A DNA stretch of 16,211 nt. Origin: Candidatus Methylomirabilis sp. Its GTDB lineage: Bacteria; Methylomirabilota; Methylomirabilia; Methylomirabilales; Methylomirabilaceae. Position 1 is the first letter of the stretch. Each line of letters starts with the position of its first letter. The stretch lies in the NCBI GenBank assembly GCA_041498975.1, contig JBGQJI010000050.1, positions 1 to 16,211 on the forward strand. The letters are read 5' to 3'. Of the stretch, positions 1-8,030 are shown in pieces. Position numbers and translations under genes: made by a program. The notes under the pieces are model-generated. The model searched no databases. It worked only from the letters and a program-made list of their open reading frames with translations, and was not told the DNA's origin.

Positions 1-291
1 AAACGACCGGCGCCCGGTCCGGCGAGGTTGGTGGTCTACGGCAACTCGGGGTTCGCCGGCAATAGCTTCCTGAACTTCTCCGGAAACCGGGACCTCTTCC
101 TCAACAGTATCAGTTGGCTGGCCGAGGAGGAGGAGCAGAACTCGATTCGGCCAAGGGAGGCGAAAAGCACGCCCATCTTCCTGACCGCCATGCAGGGGCG
201 ACTGGCGTTCTGGCTGCCGGTCGTCGTCGTGCCGGCCCTGCTCCTGGTCTCCGGGACCTCAGTGGTGCTTCGCCGGAGGCGGTCGCGATGA
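1..291 (+). CDS. 3' end of GldG-like / ABC-type uncharacterized transport accessory protein (5' part outside window)
   Basis: Frame open from base 1: RLVVYGNSGFAGNSFLNFSGNRDLFLNSISWL...IRPR, then a C-terminal TM helix ending RRRRSR. This is the typical GldG-family C-terminus, and it precedes a DUF4340 gene. Confidence 0.8.
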   Translation, partial: KRPAPGPARLVVYGNSGFAGNSFLNFSGNRDLFLNSISWLAEEEEQNSIRPREAKSTPIFLTAMQGRLAFWLPVVVVPALLLVSGTSVVLRRRRSR

Positions 292-1637
292 GGTGGCGTT
301 CCCTCGGCCTGCTGGCCCTGGCCCTTGCCGTCGTCGCGGGAGCATACTTTTGGCTGGAGGCGAAGGGGAAAAAATCGGAGGACGCCAGGCAACTCTTCCC
401 GATGGACGAGAAGGAGATCGAGAGGCTCTCCATCAAGAAGCCCGAAGGACAGATCGTCGTGGAGCGGGAAGGAAACGGGTGGCGTCTTGTCGAACCGGTG
501 CAGGCGAGGGCGGACGCGATGGAGATCAGCTCGGCGCTTCAGACCCTCCTCACTACCAAGCAAGAACGAAGCATCGACGAGCAGCCCAAGAGCCTTGCAG
601 AGTACGGGCTAGAGCACCCCGCCATCCAGGTCACGTTGCGTCTCAAGGGCGACAAGCCGCCTGCCGTCCTGCTCTTGGGCGATAAGAATCCGAACGGCTT
701 CTCGATCTATGCAAAGCGGGGCGATCAGCCGGCGGTTTTCCTGGTTGCCGACATCTTGAGAACTCGACTGGACCGGAAGGCGGCGGATTTCCGCGACAAG
801 ACGTTGCTCGTGCTGGAGCCGGACAAGGTCAAGCAGTTGGAGCTGATTGCCAAGGGGCGATCGATCAAGCTGAGCCGCAGTGGAGGCGACACGTGGGAGT
901 TGACGCAGCCGATCAAGGGCAAGGCGGACGCCTCGGCGATCAGACAGCTTCTGTGGAACATCAAGGACGCACGCGTCAAAGAGTTTCTCGCTGGCGGAGC
1001 CGATGCCAAGCGACGCTATGGCCTCGACACCCCCGACTTCATCGTTAGTCTGACGGAACCTGACGCCTCTAAACGGCTTCTGCTCAAGAAGGCCCCAGAC
1101 CCGAAGATGGGACTGTACGCGCTGGCCGACCCTGGGGAGTGGGTGGTCACAGTCGACGCCCGCCTTCTGACCGAACTCTCCAAGTCGCCGTTCGATTTGC
1201 GGGACCGCAGCTTGTTTCGCTTTGAAACCACAGACGTCAAGACGATCGAACTTCGTCGGGGAGACCAGTCGATCAAGTTGGCCAAGGAGGGAGATGCCTG
1301 GAAACTGACCGCGCCGACCCAGGCGGATACTCAGGCGGGGAAGGTCTACGATCTTCTCTACGCGCTGAAGGAGCTGCGTTTTATAGACCTGGTAGAGGAG
1401 AAGGGAGGCGATCTCGCCCGGTACGGCCTGAAGGCGCCGCAGGCGGAAGTGGAGCTGAGCATGAGCGAGGGGTCTCGCCTCCCTGCGCTGCTCATCGGGA
1501 AGTCGGAGAAGAATCGGCTGTACGCGAAGCTTTCGACAGCCGCCGACATCTATGCCATCGACCCGAAATTTCTCGACCGGCTTCCCAGCGGGCCGGACGC
1601 GTTGAAACAACAGACCAAACCCGCAGCCGGCAAGTAA
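288..1637 (+). CDS. DUF4340 domain-containing membrane-anchored protein
   Basis: ATG at 288 overlaps the upstream TGA (ATGA). N-terminal TM helix (MRWRSLGLLALALAVVAGAYFW), then three repeats of W.L..P....AD / YGL..P / FRD(K/R)(T/S)L. The ORF-track start at 114 is an over-extension. Confidence 0.85.
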   Translation: MRWRSLGLLALALAVVAGAYFWLEAKGKKSEDARQLFPMDEKEIERLSIKKPEGQIVVEREGNGWRLVEPVQARADAMEISSALQTLLTTKQERSIDEQPKSLAEYGLEHPAIQVTLRLKGDKPPAVLLLGDKNPNGFSIYAKRGDQPAVFLVADILRTRLDRKAADFRDKTLLVLEPDKVKQLELIAKGRSIKLSRSGGDTWELTQPIKGKADASAIRQLLWNIKDARVKEFLAGGADAKRRYGLDTPDFIVSLTEPDASKRLLLKKAPDPKMGLYALADPGEWVVTVDARLLTELSKSPFDLRDRSLFRFETTDVKTIELRRGDQSIKLAKEGDAWKLTAPTQADTQAGKVYDLLYALKELRFIDLVEEKGGDLARYGLKAPQAEVELSMSEGSRLPALLIGKSEKNRLYAKLSTAADIYAIDPKFLDRLPSGPDALKQQTKPAAGK

Positions 1638-1660
1638 GAGGCGCTAGACCCCCCTCTTTT

Positions 1661-1755
1661 GTCATTGCGAGGACCCAGAGCGAAGCGAAGGGGACGAAGC
1701 AATCTCGTTGCTCTATACGCAGGTTTTGAGATCGCTTCGCTTCGCTCGCAATGAC
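1661..1755. repeat. REP/RPE-like long palindromic intergenic element
   Basis: Outer arms GTCATTGCGAG (1661-1671) / CTCGCAATGAC (1745-1755) are perfect. Inner arms CGAAGCAATCTC (1695-1706) / GAGATCGCTTCG (1728-1739) have one mismatch. Confidence 0.85.
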
Positions 1756-1818
1756 GGGGTTGCTGAGACCTCATCCTCACCGTCTTATTAGACGCCATCT
1801 GAAAGCGAAGGGGACGCC

Positions 1819-2010
1819 ATGGAGACGCACTGGGATAGAGCCGAGATCCACTGCCCCGGATGCCGGGAAATCCTCGTATTGCACGCCTCCGTTCTCGAGA
1901 TCTGGTGCCCCTGGTGCGAAGAGCCGTATGAGGTCCGCGAGACCCCTCACCACGCCGATCCCACCCGCATCCTCCTCACACTGGCGAAGAAATCCCAAAG
2001 CGACACCTAA
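1819..2010 (+). CDS. Small Zn-ribbon protein (CPGC...CPWC), 63 aa
   Basis: Two CxxC motifs; GAAGGGG RBS-like sequence just upstream of the ATG. Confidence 0.65.
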   Translation: METHWDRAEIHCPGCREILVLHASVLEIWCPWCEEPYEVRETPHHADPTRILLTLAKKSQSDT

Positions 2011-2080
2011 GGCCTGCTCTCGTCCGTCGTGCGGGAAAATGGTTATCACCATCTCCAGGTAGGTGTTTCCTCCCTGCGTT

Positions 2081-2131
2081 CCCCCTCATCCCCACCTTCT
2101 CCCCAACGGGGAGAAGGGAAGATTGAGGGGG
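2081..2131. repeat. GC-rich palindromic element / possible bidirectional terminator between convergent genes
   Basis: Stem CCTTCTCCCC (2095-2104) / GGGGAGAAGG (2108-2117), plus outer CCCCCTCA (2081-2088) / TGAGGGGG (2124-2131). Confidence 0.7.
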
Positions 2132-2181
2132 TCGAAGGCCGCGGAGGGCAGCAATGCGTCACGATGAGAGAGATGTGACTA

Positions 2182-2913
2182 TTAAGGTTGGAGCGAGGGC
2201 CCCGAAGAGGGACGCGTGCCTGCCGACAATGAGCGCCAATGCAGCCTAAAGGAGAGGGCTGTGTAGTAGATCGGATACAACAGGGACCAGCCCACCAGCG
2301 AAGGGGATGGATCCGGAAGTTGCCAGAGGACAATCAGTACCACGATTCCCCACAGGATGCCCAAACCGACCGTGAGGGGACGGAGGGGCCGGGTCCTGCC
2401 CGGATAGACGTACTTGATCGGAACAAAAACCATGATGGCGGCAAACACAATGAAGCCCGCATTGAACCACAGCGGAGTTCTGCCCACATACAGGTAGAAG
2501 GCCAGGATATTCCAGTACGAAGGGAACCCCGTAAAGAAATGATCCGGCGTCTTGGCCGACGCATGGCAGAAGCGGTAGGCGCTGGCGAGGACCGGCAGAC
2601 TCAAGATCCAGAGCGAGGCCGATCCCGGCAGCAGTTGTGCATCGTTGAGGAATACGACGGGCACCACAACATAATTCAGATAATCCATCAAGTCGTCCAG
2701 TTTCGACCCATCGAACGTCGGCAACACCTCTTTGACCCGGACCAGGCGGGCAAGCGGGCCATCCGCGGCGTCGATCAGCACGGCAAGCATCATGCCGAGG
2801 AAGGCCCCCCGATAGTCACCTCTGTGGATGGCGATGAGGCACCAGACCCCCACGACCGCTCCTAGCGCGGTGAGCAGGTGGACAGCCCACGCCAAAACTC
2901 GCCGATCTCTCAG
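2182..2913 (-). CDS. pcs: Phosphatidylcholine synthase-like CDP-alcohol phosphatidyltransferase
   Basis: AWAVHLLTALG, the CDP-alcohol motif DAADGPLAR...FDGSKLDDLMDYLNYV, and DHFFTGFPSYWN are characteristic of Pcs. Start uncertain (CTG 2913 or TTG 2895). Confidence 0.8.
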   Translation of the reverse strand: MRDRRVLAWAVHLLTALGAVVGVWCLIAIHRGDYRGAFLGMMLAVLIDAADGPLARLVRVKEVLPTFDGSKLDDLMDYLNYVVVPVVFLNDAQLLPGSASLWILSLPVLASAYRFCHASAKTPDHFFTGFPSYWNILAFYLYVGRTPLWFNAGFIVFAAIMVFVPIKYVYPGRTRPLRPLTVGLGILWGIVVLIVLWQLPDPSPSLVGWSLLYPIYYTALSFRLHWRSLSAGTRPSSGPSLQP

Positions 2914-2932
2914 CGCCAGGACCCTCCAACCA

Positions 2933-3772
2933 TTAGCGGAGCTTCTGCCAAAACACCCCGGTCCAGTCGATGCGGTGCACCTTCTCGGTGACGTCGTGCG
3001 CGGTGCGGAAATCCTCGATAGCCGCCCGACACCTAGGCAGGGCGTAGTCATCGACAATGACGTACCCACCAACCGAGACCCTGGGATAGAGATACCGGAG
3101 GACGTCCGTGGTCGATTCGTACATATCGCTGTCGAGCCGGAGAATTGCAAGGCGGTCAATCGGGGCGTCCGGCAGGGTGTCCCGAAACCAACCAACAAGA
3201 AAACGGACCTGACTGTCCAGGAGATCATACCGGACGAAATTCTGTTTGACCTCCTCTACCGAAACAGCCAGTTCGGGGAAGGTCCACAGACGATCTCCTT
3301 TGTCGGCGGGGTATCGCTTTGAATCGGGCTTCGGCAGACCTTGAAAGGAGTCGGCCACCCATACTGTCCTATCTGTATCGCCATAGGCTTTCAGCACAGC
3401 CCTCATAAAGATCGTCGCCCCGCCCCGCCATACGCCAGTCTCGATGAGGTCGCCCGGTATCCGCTTGGTGATGACATCCACAACGCAGTGCTGCAGGTTG
3501 TCGAGGCGCTTCATACCGATCATTGTCTCAGCGTCTAATGGCCAGTGACGACCTTCGACACACGCATCGGACGAAACACGCCGAACAAGCTGCAGGTGGA
3601 AGAACGAAAGCAACTCAGTTATCGGCAGAAACAGGGCTCCCAGAACCCCTCGCCTGCCTCGGCCAAACAGCCGGTAGGCATCCCCAAACATTTGGCGAGT
3701 AAGGCATTTCTTGAGGAGGTCGAGGTAGAGCGTCGCGGGATCGCTGGATGCGCAAATAAGGTTTTGGTTCAT
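2933..3772 (-). CDS. TylF/MycF/NovP-family O-methyltransferase
   Basis: AETMIG..RLDNL, PGDLIETGVWRGGA, WVADSFQGLP, GWF.DTLP, LRLD.D.YEST, GGYVIVDDY, IDWTGVFW; GGAGG RBS. Confidence 0.92.
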   Translation of the reverse strand: MNQNLICASSDPATLYLDLLKKCLTRQMFGDAYRLFGRGRRGVLGALFLPITELLSFFHLQLVRRVSSDACVEGRHWPLDAETMIGMKRLDNLQHCVVDVITKRIPGDLIETGVWRGGATIFMRAVLKAYGDTDRTVWVADSFQGLPKPDSKRYPADKGDRLWTFPELAVSVEEVKQNFVRYDLLDSQVRFLVGWFRDTLPDAPIDRLAILRLDSDMYESTTDVLRYLYPRVSVGGYVIVDDYALPRCRAAIEDFRTAHDVTEKVHRIDWTGVFWQKLR

Positions 3773-3965
3773 CGCTTACCTCCCTCGGGGGCTCCAGCTG
3801 TGCCAAGGTCGCCCGAGTGGCCGGCCCCAGCATCTCATTTCCAGACCACCTCGCCATGCCGTACCCTGAGCCGGCTGTCTCAACGATTCAATTCTCCTCG
3901 CTATTGTAGGCTTAGCCCAGTTCCGGTCTCCGGTCAATGGAAAAATCCTGTCAAGATAAAAGTCC

Positions 3966-3994
3966 TTGACCGAAAAAGTCAAATGAGATATGAA
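3966..3994 (+). promoter_or_regulatory. Putative sigma70 promoter for the aminotransferase
   Basis: TTGACC (3966-3971) - 17 bp - TATGAA (3989-3994) in the AT-rich divergent intergenic region. Confidence 0.45.
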
Positions 3995-4074
3995 GCCTTC
4001 ATCCGTTGTCGTGGCGATCGAACCTCTCACGTGCGCCGTGAAGACTACGCTACAATAGCCGTCCTGGAGCGCCG

Positions 4075-5472
4075 ATGAAAGCCGATTCGACTCGCGTTGA
4101 ACATCTGTTCGCCGCCGACCGGAAGCACCTCTGGCATTCCCTCCTCCAGCATAGCAGCCTTGAGAAGAAACCTCCGCTGGTGATCCGAGAGGGGAAGGGG
4201 TGTATTGTCGTGGACGAGCACGGGAAAGAGTACGTCGACGCGATGGCCGGCCTTTACTGCGTCAATGTCGGGTATGGTCGGGATGAGATCGCCGAGGCGG
4301 CCATGAACCAGATGCGACGTCTCCCCTTCTATCCGCTCAGCCAATCGCATGAGCCCGCCATCTTGCTGGCAGAGACGTTAGCATCGATCCTGCCTCCGGG
4401 ACTTGACCGTGTCTCCTTCTGCAACAGCGGCTCCGAGGCAGTCGAGACTGCCCTGAAGCTCGCACGGCAGTATGGGCGGCAGGTTCACAAAGGGGAAAAC
4501 CGTTATAAGGTGATCGCCCGCTACCGTGGCTATCACGGCTTCACCATGGGGGCGTTGTCCGCCACCGGACAGGTCGCGCGGCGGAGGGCCTTCGAGCCGT
4601 TGGTCCCGGGATTCCTCCACGTCAATCCACCCGATCGGTATCGGTGCACACATTGCCAAGCGGCCCCTGCCTGCACGCTGGCCTGCGCCGATGAGATCGA
4701 AGCCATGGTTCGGCACGAAGGGCCGGACACCGTGGCCGCCATCATCGCCGAGCCGGTGATCGGCGGCGGGGGTGTGATCCTTTCCCCCGATGGGTACCTG
4801 CAGCGGCTCCGGGAGATCTGCGACCGGTGGGGTATTCTCCTGATCCTTGATGAGGTGATCACCGGCTTCGGTCGCACCGGACTGCTGTTCGGATGCCAGC
4901 ACTGGAATGTCGTCCCGGACATCATGACGGTCGCCAAAGGGATGACGTCCGGCTACCTGCCGTTGGGGGCTGCTATCACCAGCCAGCGAATCTTCGATGC
5001 CTTCCTGGGCGAACCAGGAGAGGGCGTGCATTTTTCGCAGGTGAGCACCTTCGGGGGACATCCCGTTGCGTGCGCCGCCGCGAGCGCCAACCTCGAGATC
5101 CTCCTCCGAGAACGCCTCTGGGAGAATGCTGCGTCGGTGGGCGACTACCTGATGGGACGTCTACGGGCGATCCACCACCCCTGGGTCGGGGAGGTGCGTG
5201 GGATGGGGTTGCTCATCGGGGTGGAGCTGGTGCGGGACGAGAAGAGGACACCCGTTGCCGAAAAAGACTTGGGGCGCCTGTCGGCAGCGATCAGGGAGGC
5301 CGGCGTGATCGTCGGCAGGAATGTGGAAACCGTACCCGGCTTTTGCAATGTCATGATCCTCGCCCCACCGCTGATCCTAACGAAGGACGAGGCGGATCGG
5401 ATCATCGAAGCCATTGAAGCCGGATTGGCGGCCGTTGCAAGAACGGCCGAGGAGGGAGTCCCATGCAACTGA
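4075..5472 (+). CDS. Class-III PLP-dependent aminotransferase (omega-amino acid/taurine/BioA-like)
   Basis: DAMAGLYCVNVGYGR, NSGSEAVETALK, YHG.T.GALS, LILDEVITGFGRTG, PDIMTVAKG (PLP lysine), TFGGHP. Confidence 0.93.
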   Translation: MKADSTRVEHLFAADRKHLWHSLLQHSSLEKKPPLVIREGKGCIVVDEHGKEYVDAMAGLYCVNVGYGRDEIAEAAMNQMRRLPFYPLSQSHEPAILLAETLASILPPGLDRVSFCNSGSEAVETALKLARQYGRQVHKGENRYKVIARYRGYHGFTMGALSATGQVARRRAFEPLVPGFLHVNPPDRYRCTHCQAAPACTLACADEIEAMVRHEGPDTVAAIIAEPVIGGGGVILSPDGYLQRLREICDRWGILLILDEVITGFGRTGLLFGCQHWNVVPDIMTVAKGMTSGYLPLGAAITSQRIFDAFLGEPGEGVHFSQVSTFGGHPVACAAASANLEILLRERLWENAASVGDYLMGRLRAIHHPWVGEVRGMGLLIGVELVRDEKRTPVAEKDLGRLSAAIREAGVIVGRNVETVPGFCNVMILAPPLILTKDEADRIIEAIEAGLAAVARTAEEGVPCN

Positions 5473-5693
5473 TGCGAGAGATGTTGATTCGACACCCGAA
5501 CCGGTGCACCCACAATGCCGTGTGCATCCCGGTCTGCCCGACAGGCGCCTGGCAGGCGACGAAGCCGTTCGGGTTCGAGGCCAGCAAATGCCTGGAAGGC
5601 TGCACGATCTGCATCCAGGCGTGCCCGAGCGGCGCGATCTACGCAACCTACCGGAAGGGCGGGGCAGTTATCGAACCCCGGAAGGCCTCCTAG
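5463..5693 (+). CDS. Dicluster-type ferredoxin-like protein
   Basis: CTHNAVCIPVCPTGA and CLEGCTICIQACPSGAI; GGAGGGAG RBS; overlaps the aminotransferase stop. Confidence 0.8.
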   Translation: MQLMREMLIRHPNRCTHNAVCIPVCPTGAWQATKPFGFEASKCLEGCTICIQACPSGAIYATYRKGGAVIEPRKAS

Positions 5694-5699
5694 AGGCTG

Positions 5700-5975
5700 T
5701 TACCCGCCGGCGATGGCCGGGACGATGGAGACGAGATCGCCGGGCTTCAATGGGGTCGAGGTGCCCTGCAGGAACCGGATGTCTTCCTCATTCACGTAGA
5801 TGTTGATGAAGCGGCGGATGCTGCCGGTCTCGTCGCAGATCCGTTCCCTCAGCCCGCCGTACGACTTCTCCAGGTTGTCGATCAGCTCGTTGATCGAGCC
5901 GCCCTGCTCTTCCACCTCCCCCTGACCCTTCGTGAGTCCGCGAAGGGGCGTGGGGATTCGGACTTTCACGCTCAT
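5700..5975 (-). CDS. MoaD/ThiS/CysO-family ubiquitin-like sulfur carrier protein
   Basis: VKVRIPTPLR..., RRFINIYVNEEDIRFL, C-terminal IVPAIAGG. Confidence 0.92.
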   Translation of the reverse strand: MSVKVRIPTPLRGLTKGQGEVEEQGGSINELIDNLEKSYGGLRERICDETGSIRRFINIYVNEEDIRFLQGTSTPLKPGDLVSIVPAIAGG

Positions 5976-6022
5976 CTATTCCGCTCCTTTCGGCTGTCTA
6001 TCGCCATCTTCTCTGTCGGTGC

Positions 6023-7285
6023 TCAATGCGCATTCCTCGGCGTCACTTCGATCCCGTGAGAGGCCATCGCCTCGTCGAACGATCGAAGGGTCGGTTTGAT
6101 CTGCACCTTCACCTTCAGGTCAGCGGCCACTGCCTCCTGGGTCTTCAGCCCGTTTCCGGTGATGCAGAGCACCAGGCTCTCGTCCTTCGGGATTCGTCCC
6201 TGTTCGATCAGGCGCTTGGCCGCGGCCACCGTGACCCCCCCGGCGGTTTCGGCGAAGATCCCCTCAGTGCTGGCCAGTAACCTCATCCCTTCCACGATCT
6301 CCTCGTCGGAGGCATGCTCGCCGTAACCCCCACTCTCCTTGACGACCTTGTAGGCGTAATATCCGTCTGCCGGGTTCCCGATGGCCAGCGACTTTGCGAT
6401 CGTCTTCGGTTTGACCGGCTTGATGATCTCACTGTTCTCCTTGATGGCGGTCACGATGGGACCGCATCCCTCAGCCTGCGCGACGTGCATCCGCGTGGCA
6501 CAACCGCCGCTCAAGAGACCGAGACGATCGAACTCTTTGAGCCCCTTCGATATCTTCGTGACCAGGGAACCGCCGGCCGCCGGCACAACGATATGCTGCG
6601 GGGCGCGCCACCCGAGTTGCTCTGCGATTTCATAGCCGAAAGTTTTTGACCCCTCAGCATAGTAGGGCCGTATGTTGATGTTGACAAACGCCCAACGGTA
6701 CTTGTCGGCGATCTCGCTACAAAGACGGTTCACCTCATCATAGTTTCCCTCGACGGCCACCAGCTTCGGGTCGTAGATGAGGGTGCCGATAATCTTGCCC
6801 TGCTCCAGGTCGGCGGGGACGAACACAAAGCTTTGAAGCCCGCCCTCGGCGGCATGTGCCGCCACCGAATTGGCGAGGTTGCCCGTGGAGGCGCAGGCCA
6901 CCACTCTGAAGTCGAACTCCAGGGCCTTTGTCACCGCCACCGCCACGACCCGGTCCTTGAACGAAAAGGAGGGGTGGTTGACGGTATCGTTCTTGACGTA
7001 CACCTCCCGCATGCCGAGGGCGCGCGCCAGGTTCCCGGCTTTCACAAGGGGCGTCATCCCACAATGTCTGCCGACGGCGGGCCCACCTTCGATCGGCAGG
7101 AGCGCGCTATACCGCCAGATGCTGGGCGGGCCGGACTCGATCGCCCTCCGGGTCAGCGTGCCGCGAAGCCGATCGTAATCGTAATCGACCTCGAGCGGCC
7201 CGAAGCAGAACTCGCAGACGTGCAGCGGATCCGCCGGGTAAGGCCGGCCGCACTCCCTGCACTTTAAGCCCTTCACCTTCGCCAT
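6023..7285 (-). CDS. thrC: Threonine synthase-family PLP enzyme (possibly a sulfur-carrier-dependent homocysteine synthase)
   Basis: N-terminal CREC...CEFC, HPSFSFKDR (PLP lysine), ASTGNLANS, EGSKT, TIAKSLAIGNPADG, TEGIFAETAGG, ITGNGLK. Start at MAKVKG (7285). Confidence 0.88.
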   Translation of the reverse strand: MAKVKGLKCRECGRPYPADPLHVCEFCFGPLEVDYDYDRLRGTLTRRAIESGPPSIWRYSALLPIEGGPAVGRHCGMTPLVKAGNLARALGMREVYVKNDTVNHPSFSFKDRVVAVAVTKALEFDFRVVACASTGNLANSVAAHAAEGGLQSFVFVPADLEQGKIIGTLIYDPKLVAVEGNYDEVNRLCSEIADKYRWAFVNINIRPYYAEGSKTFGYEIAEQLGWRAPQHIVVPAAGGSLVTKISKGLKEFDRLGLLSGGCATRMHVAQAEGCGPIVTAIKENSEIIKPVKPKTIAKSLAIGNPADGYYAYKVVKESGGYGEHASDEEIVEGMRLLASTEGIFAETAGGVTVAAAKRLIEQGRIPKDESLVLCITGNGLKTQEAVAADLKVKVQIKPTLRSFDEAMASHGIEVTPRNAH

Positions 7286-7286
7286 C

Positions 7287-7523
7287 TCAGCGCCCCTTCC
7301 CTGGAGTTGGCTCCACCCTGATCCCCAAACCATTCAGGTAGGCAACCCCTTTATTCAACTCTTCTTCTTCGCCATCGAGCTCCACCATGAGCTCACCGGC
7401 CTTCTCCGTCACCCGCGCCCGGCGGATATTGGGGATAATCTTGAACTGCCTGGAGAGGCGGTAGATCACGGGTTCCTTGATGAGCGTCTGTGGAAAGATG
7501 AGGGTGACCATCCGTTTCGGCAT
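7287..7523 (-). CDS. Stand-alone NIL-domain protein
   Basis: L.FP..LI.EPVIY.L...F.IIPNIRRA.V....G....EL.G; ATG at 7523 after GGAAAGGGA. Confidence 0.85.
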   Translation of the reverse strand: MPKRMVTLIFPQTLIKEPVIYRLSRQFKIIPNIRRARVTEKAGELMVELDGEEEELNKGVAYLNGLGIRVEPTPGKGR

Positions 7524-7541
7524 CGCGTGATCCCTTTCCCC

Positions 7542-7580
7542 AAAATCAAAAGCCCCTTCTCGCGAAAATGAGAAGGGGCT
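7542..7580 (-). terminator. Intrinsic terminator of the SAM riboswitch expression platform
   Basis: Minus strand: perfect 11-bp stem AGCCCCTTCTC/GAGAAGGGGCT followed by TTTGATTTT. Its 5' arm CCTTCTCAT can alternatively pair with ATGAGAAGG at the 3' end of P1 (antiterminator). Confidence 0.85.
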
Positions 7581-7600
7581 GTCAAATTCGACGGCGTCCT

Positions 7601-7720
7601 TCTCATCTCTCACCCCGCCCTGTCCGGGATGCAGGAGTTGGCACCACTGTCCGCGGGGACATCTTGCGAACCGGTTGCCGTGGCTTCGCAGGGCCAGTCC
7701 CTCAGCCACTCTGGATGAAA
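7601..7720 (-). ncRNA. SAM-I (S-box) riboswitch
   Basis: Minus strand TTTCATCCAGAGTGGCTGAGGGACTGGCCCTGCGAAGCCACGGCAACC...GGTGCCAACTCCTGCA...AGAGATGAGA shows P1, kink-turn P2, GCAACC/GGTGC P3 and the closing GATGAG. Confidence 0.95.
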
Positions 7721-7734
7721 AGGTCAATCTCGGC

Positions 7735-7764
7735 TATCTAAACAGAACGACCTTTCCCTGTCAA
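7735..7764 (-). promoter_or_regulatory. Putative promoter upstream of the riboswitch
   Basis: Perfect TTGACA (7764-7759) with a weak -10 (TTAGAT/TAGATA) 17-18 bp downstream, ending about 15 bp before the aptamer. Confidence 0.45.
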
Positions 7765-7780
7765 GACAAAATCGACTTTC

Positions 7781-8020
7781 TTAATAGACCACGTCCTGCT
7801 CGATCGGGGCCACTTGCACGCCTCGCTCTTCCAGCCACTTGATCCCATTCTCGAGGCGCTGAGCATCCCCCTCGAGTTCGGCCATGATCCATCCGATCCC
7901 CTCGGTCACGTCGGCTTGGCGAATGTTGAAGATCAGGTCGAACGTCTGACTGAGCTGCCAGAGAATCGGCTCCTCGACCAGCTTGCCTGTAAACGTCAGG
8001 TGCACCCGCCGCTTTGCCAT
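7781..8020 (-). CDS. Second stand-alone NIL-domain protein
   Basis: VHLTF...LVEEPILWQL...FDLIFNIRQADV..GIGWI..ELEG...VAPIEQDVV; AGGTG RBS before ATG 8020. Confidence 0.87.
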   Translation of the reverse strand: MAKRRVHLTFTGKLVEEPILWQLSQTFDLIFNIRQADVTEGIGWIMAELEGDAQRLENGIKWLEERGVQVAPIEQDVVY

Positions 8021-8030
8021 TTGGATCACC

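Noticed and set aside
609..1610. 333-aa antisense ORF and similar long antisense ORFs (2239-2865, 4378-5061, 12228-12998)
   Set aside because: They lie opposite well-supported genes, as expected in high-GC DNA, and show no motifs.
1636..1660. Terminator after the DUF4340 gene (AAGAGG/CCTCTT plus T-run)
   Set aside because: Short stem with a large loop; too weak to call.
2914..3228. N-terminal extension of the pcs ORF
   Set aside because: It overlaps the TylF gene on the same strand and lacks Pcs similarity.
7524..7727. N-terminal extension of the NIL ORF
   Set aside because: It runs through the SAM riboswitch and its terminator.
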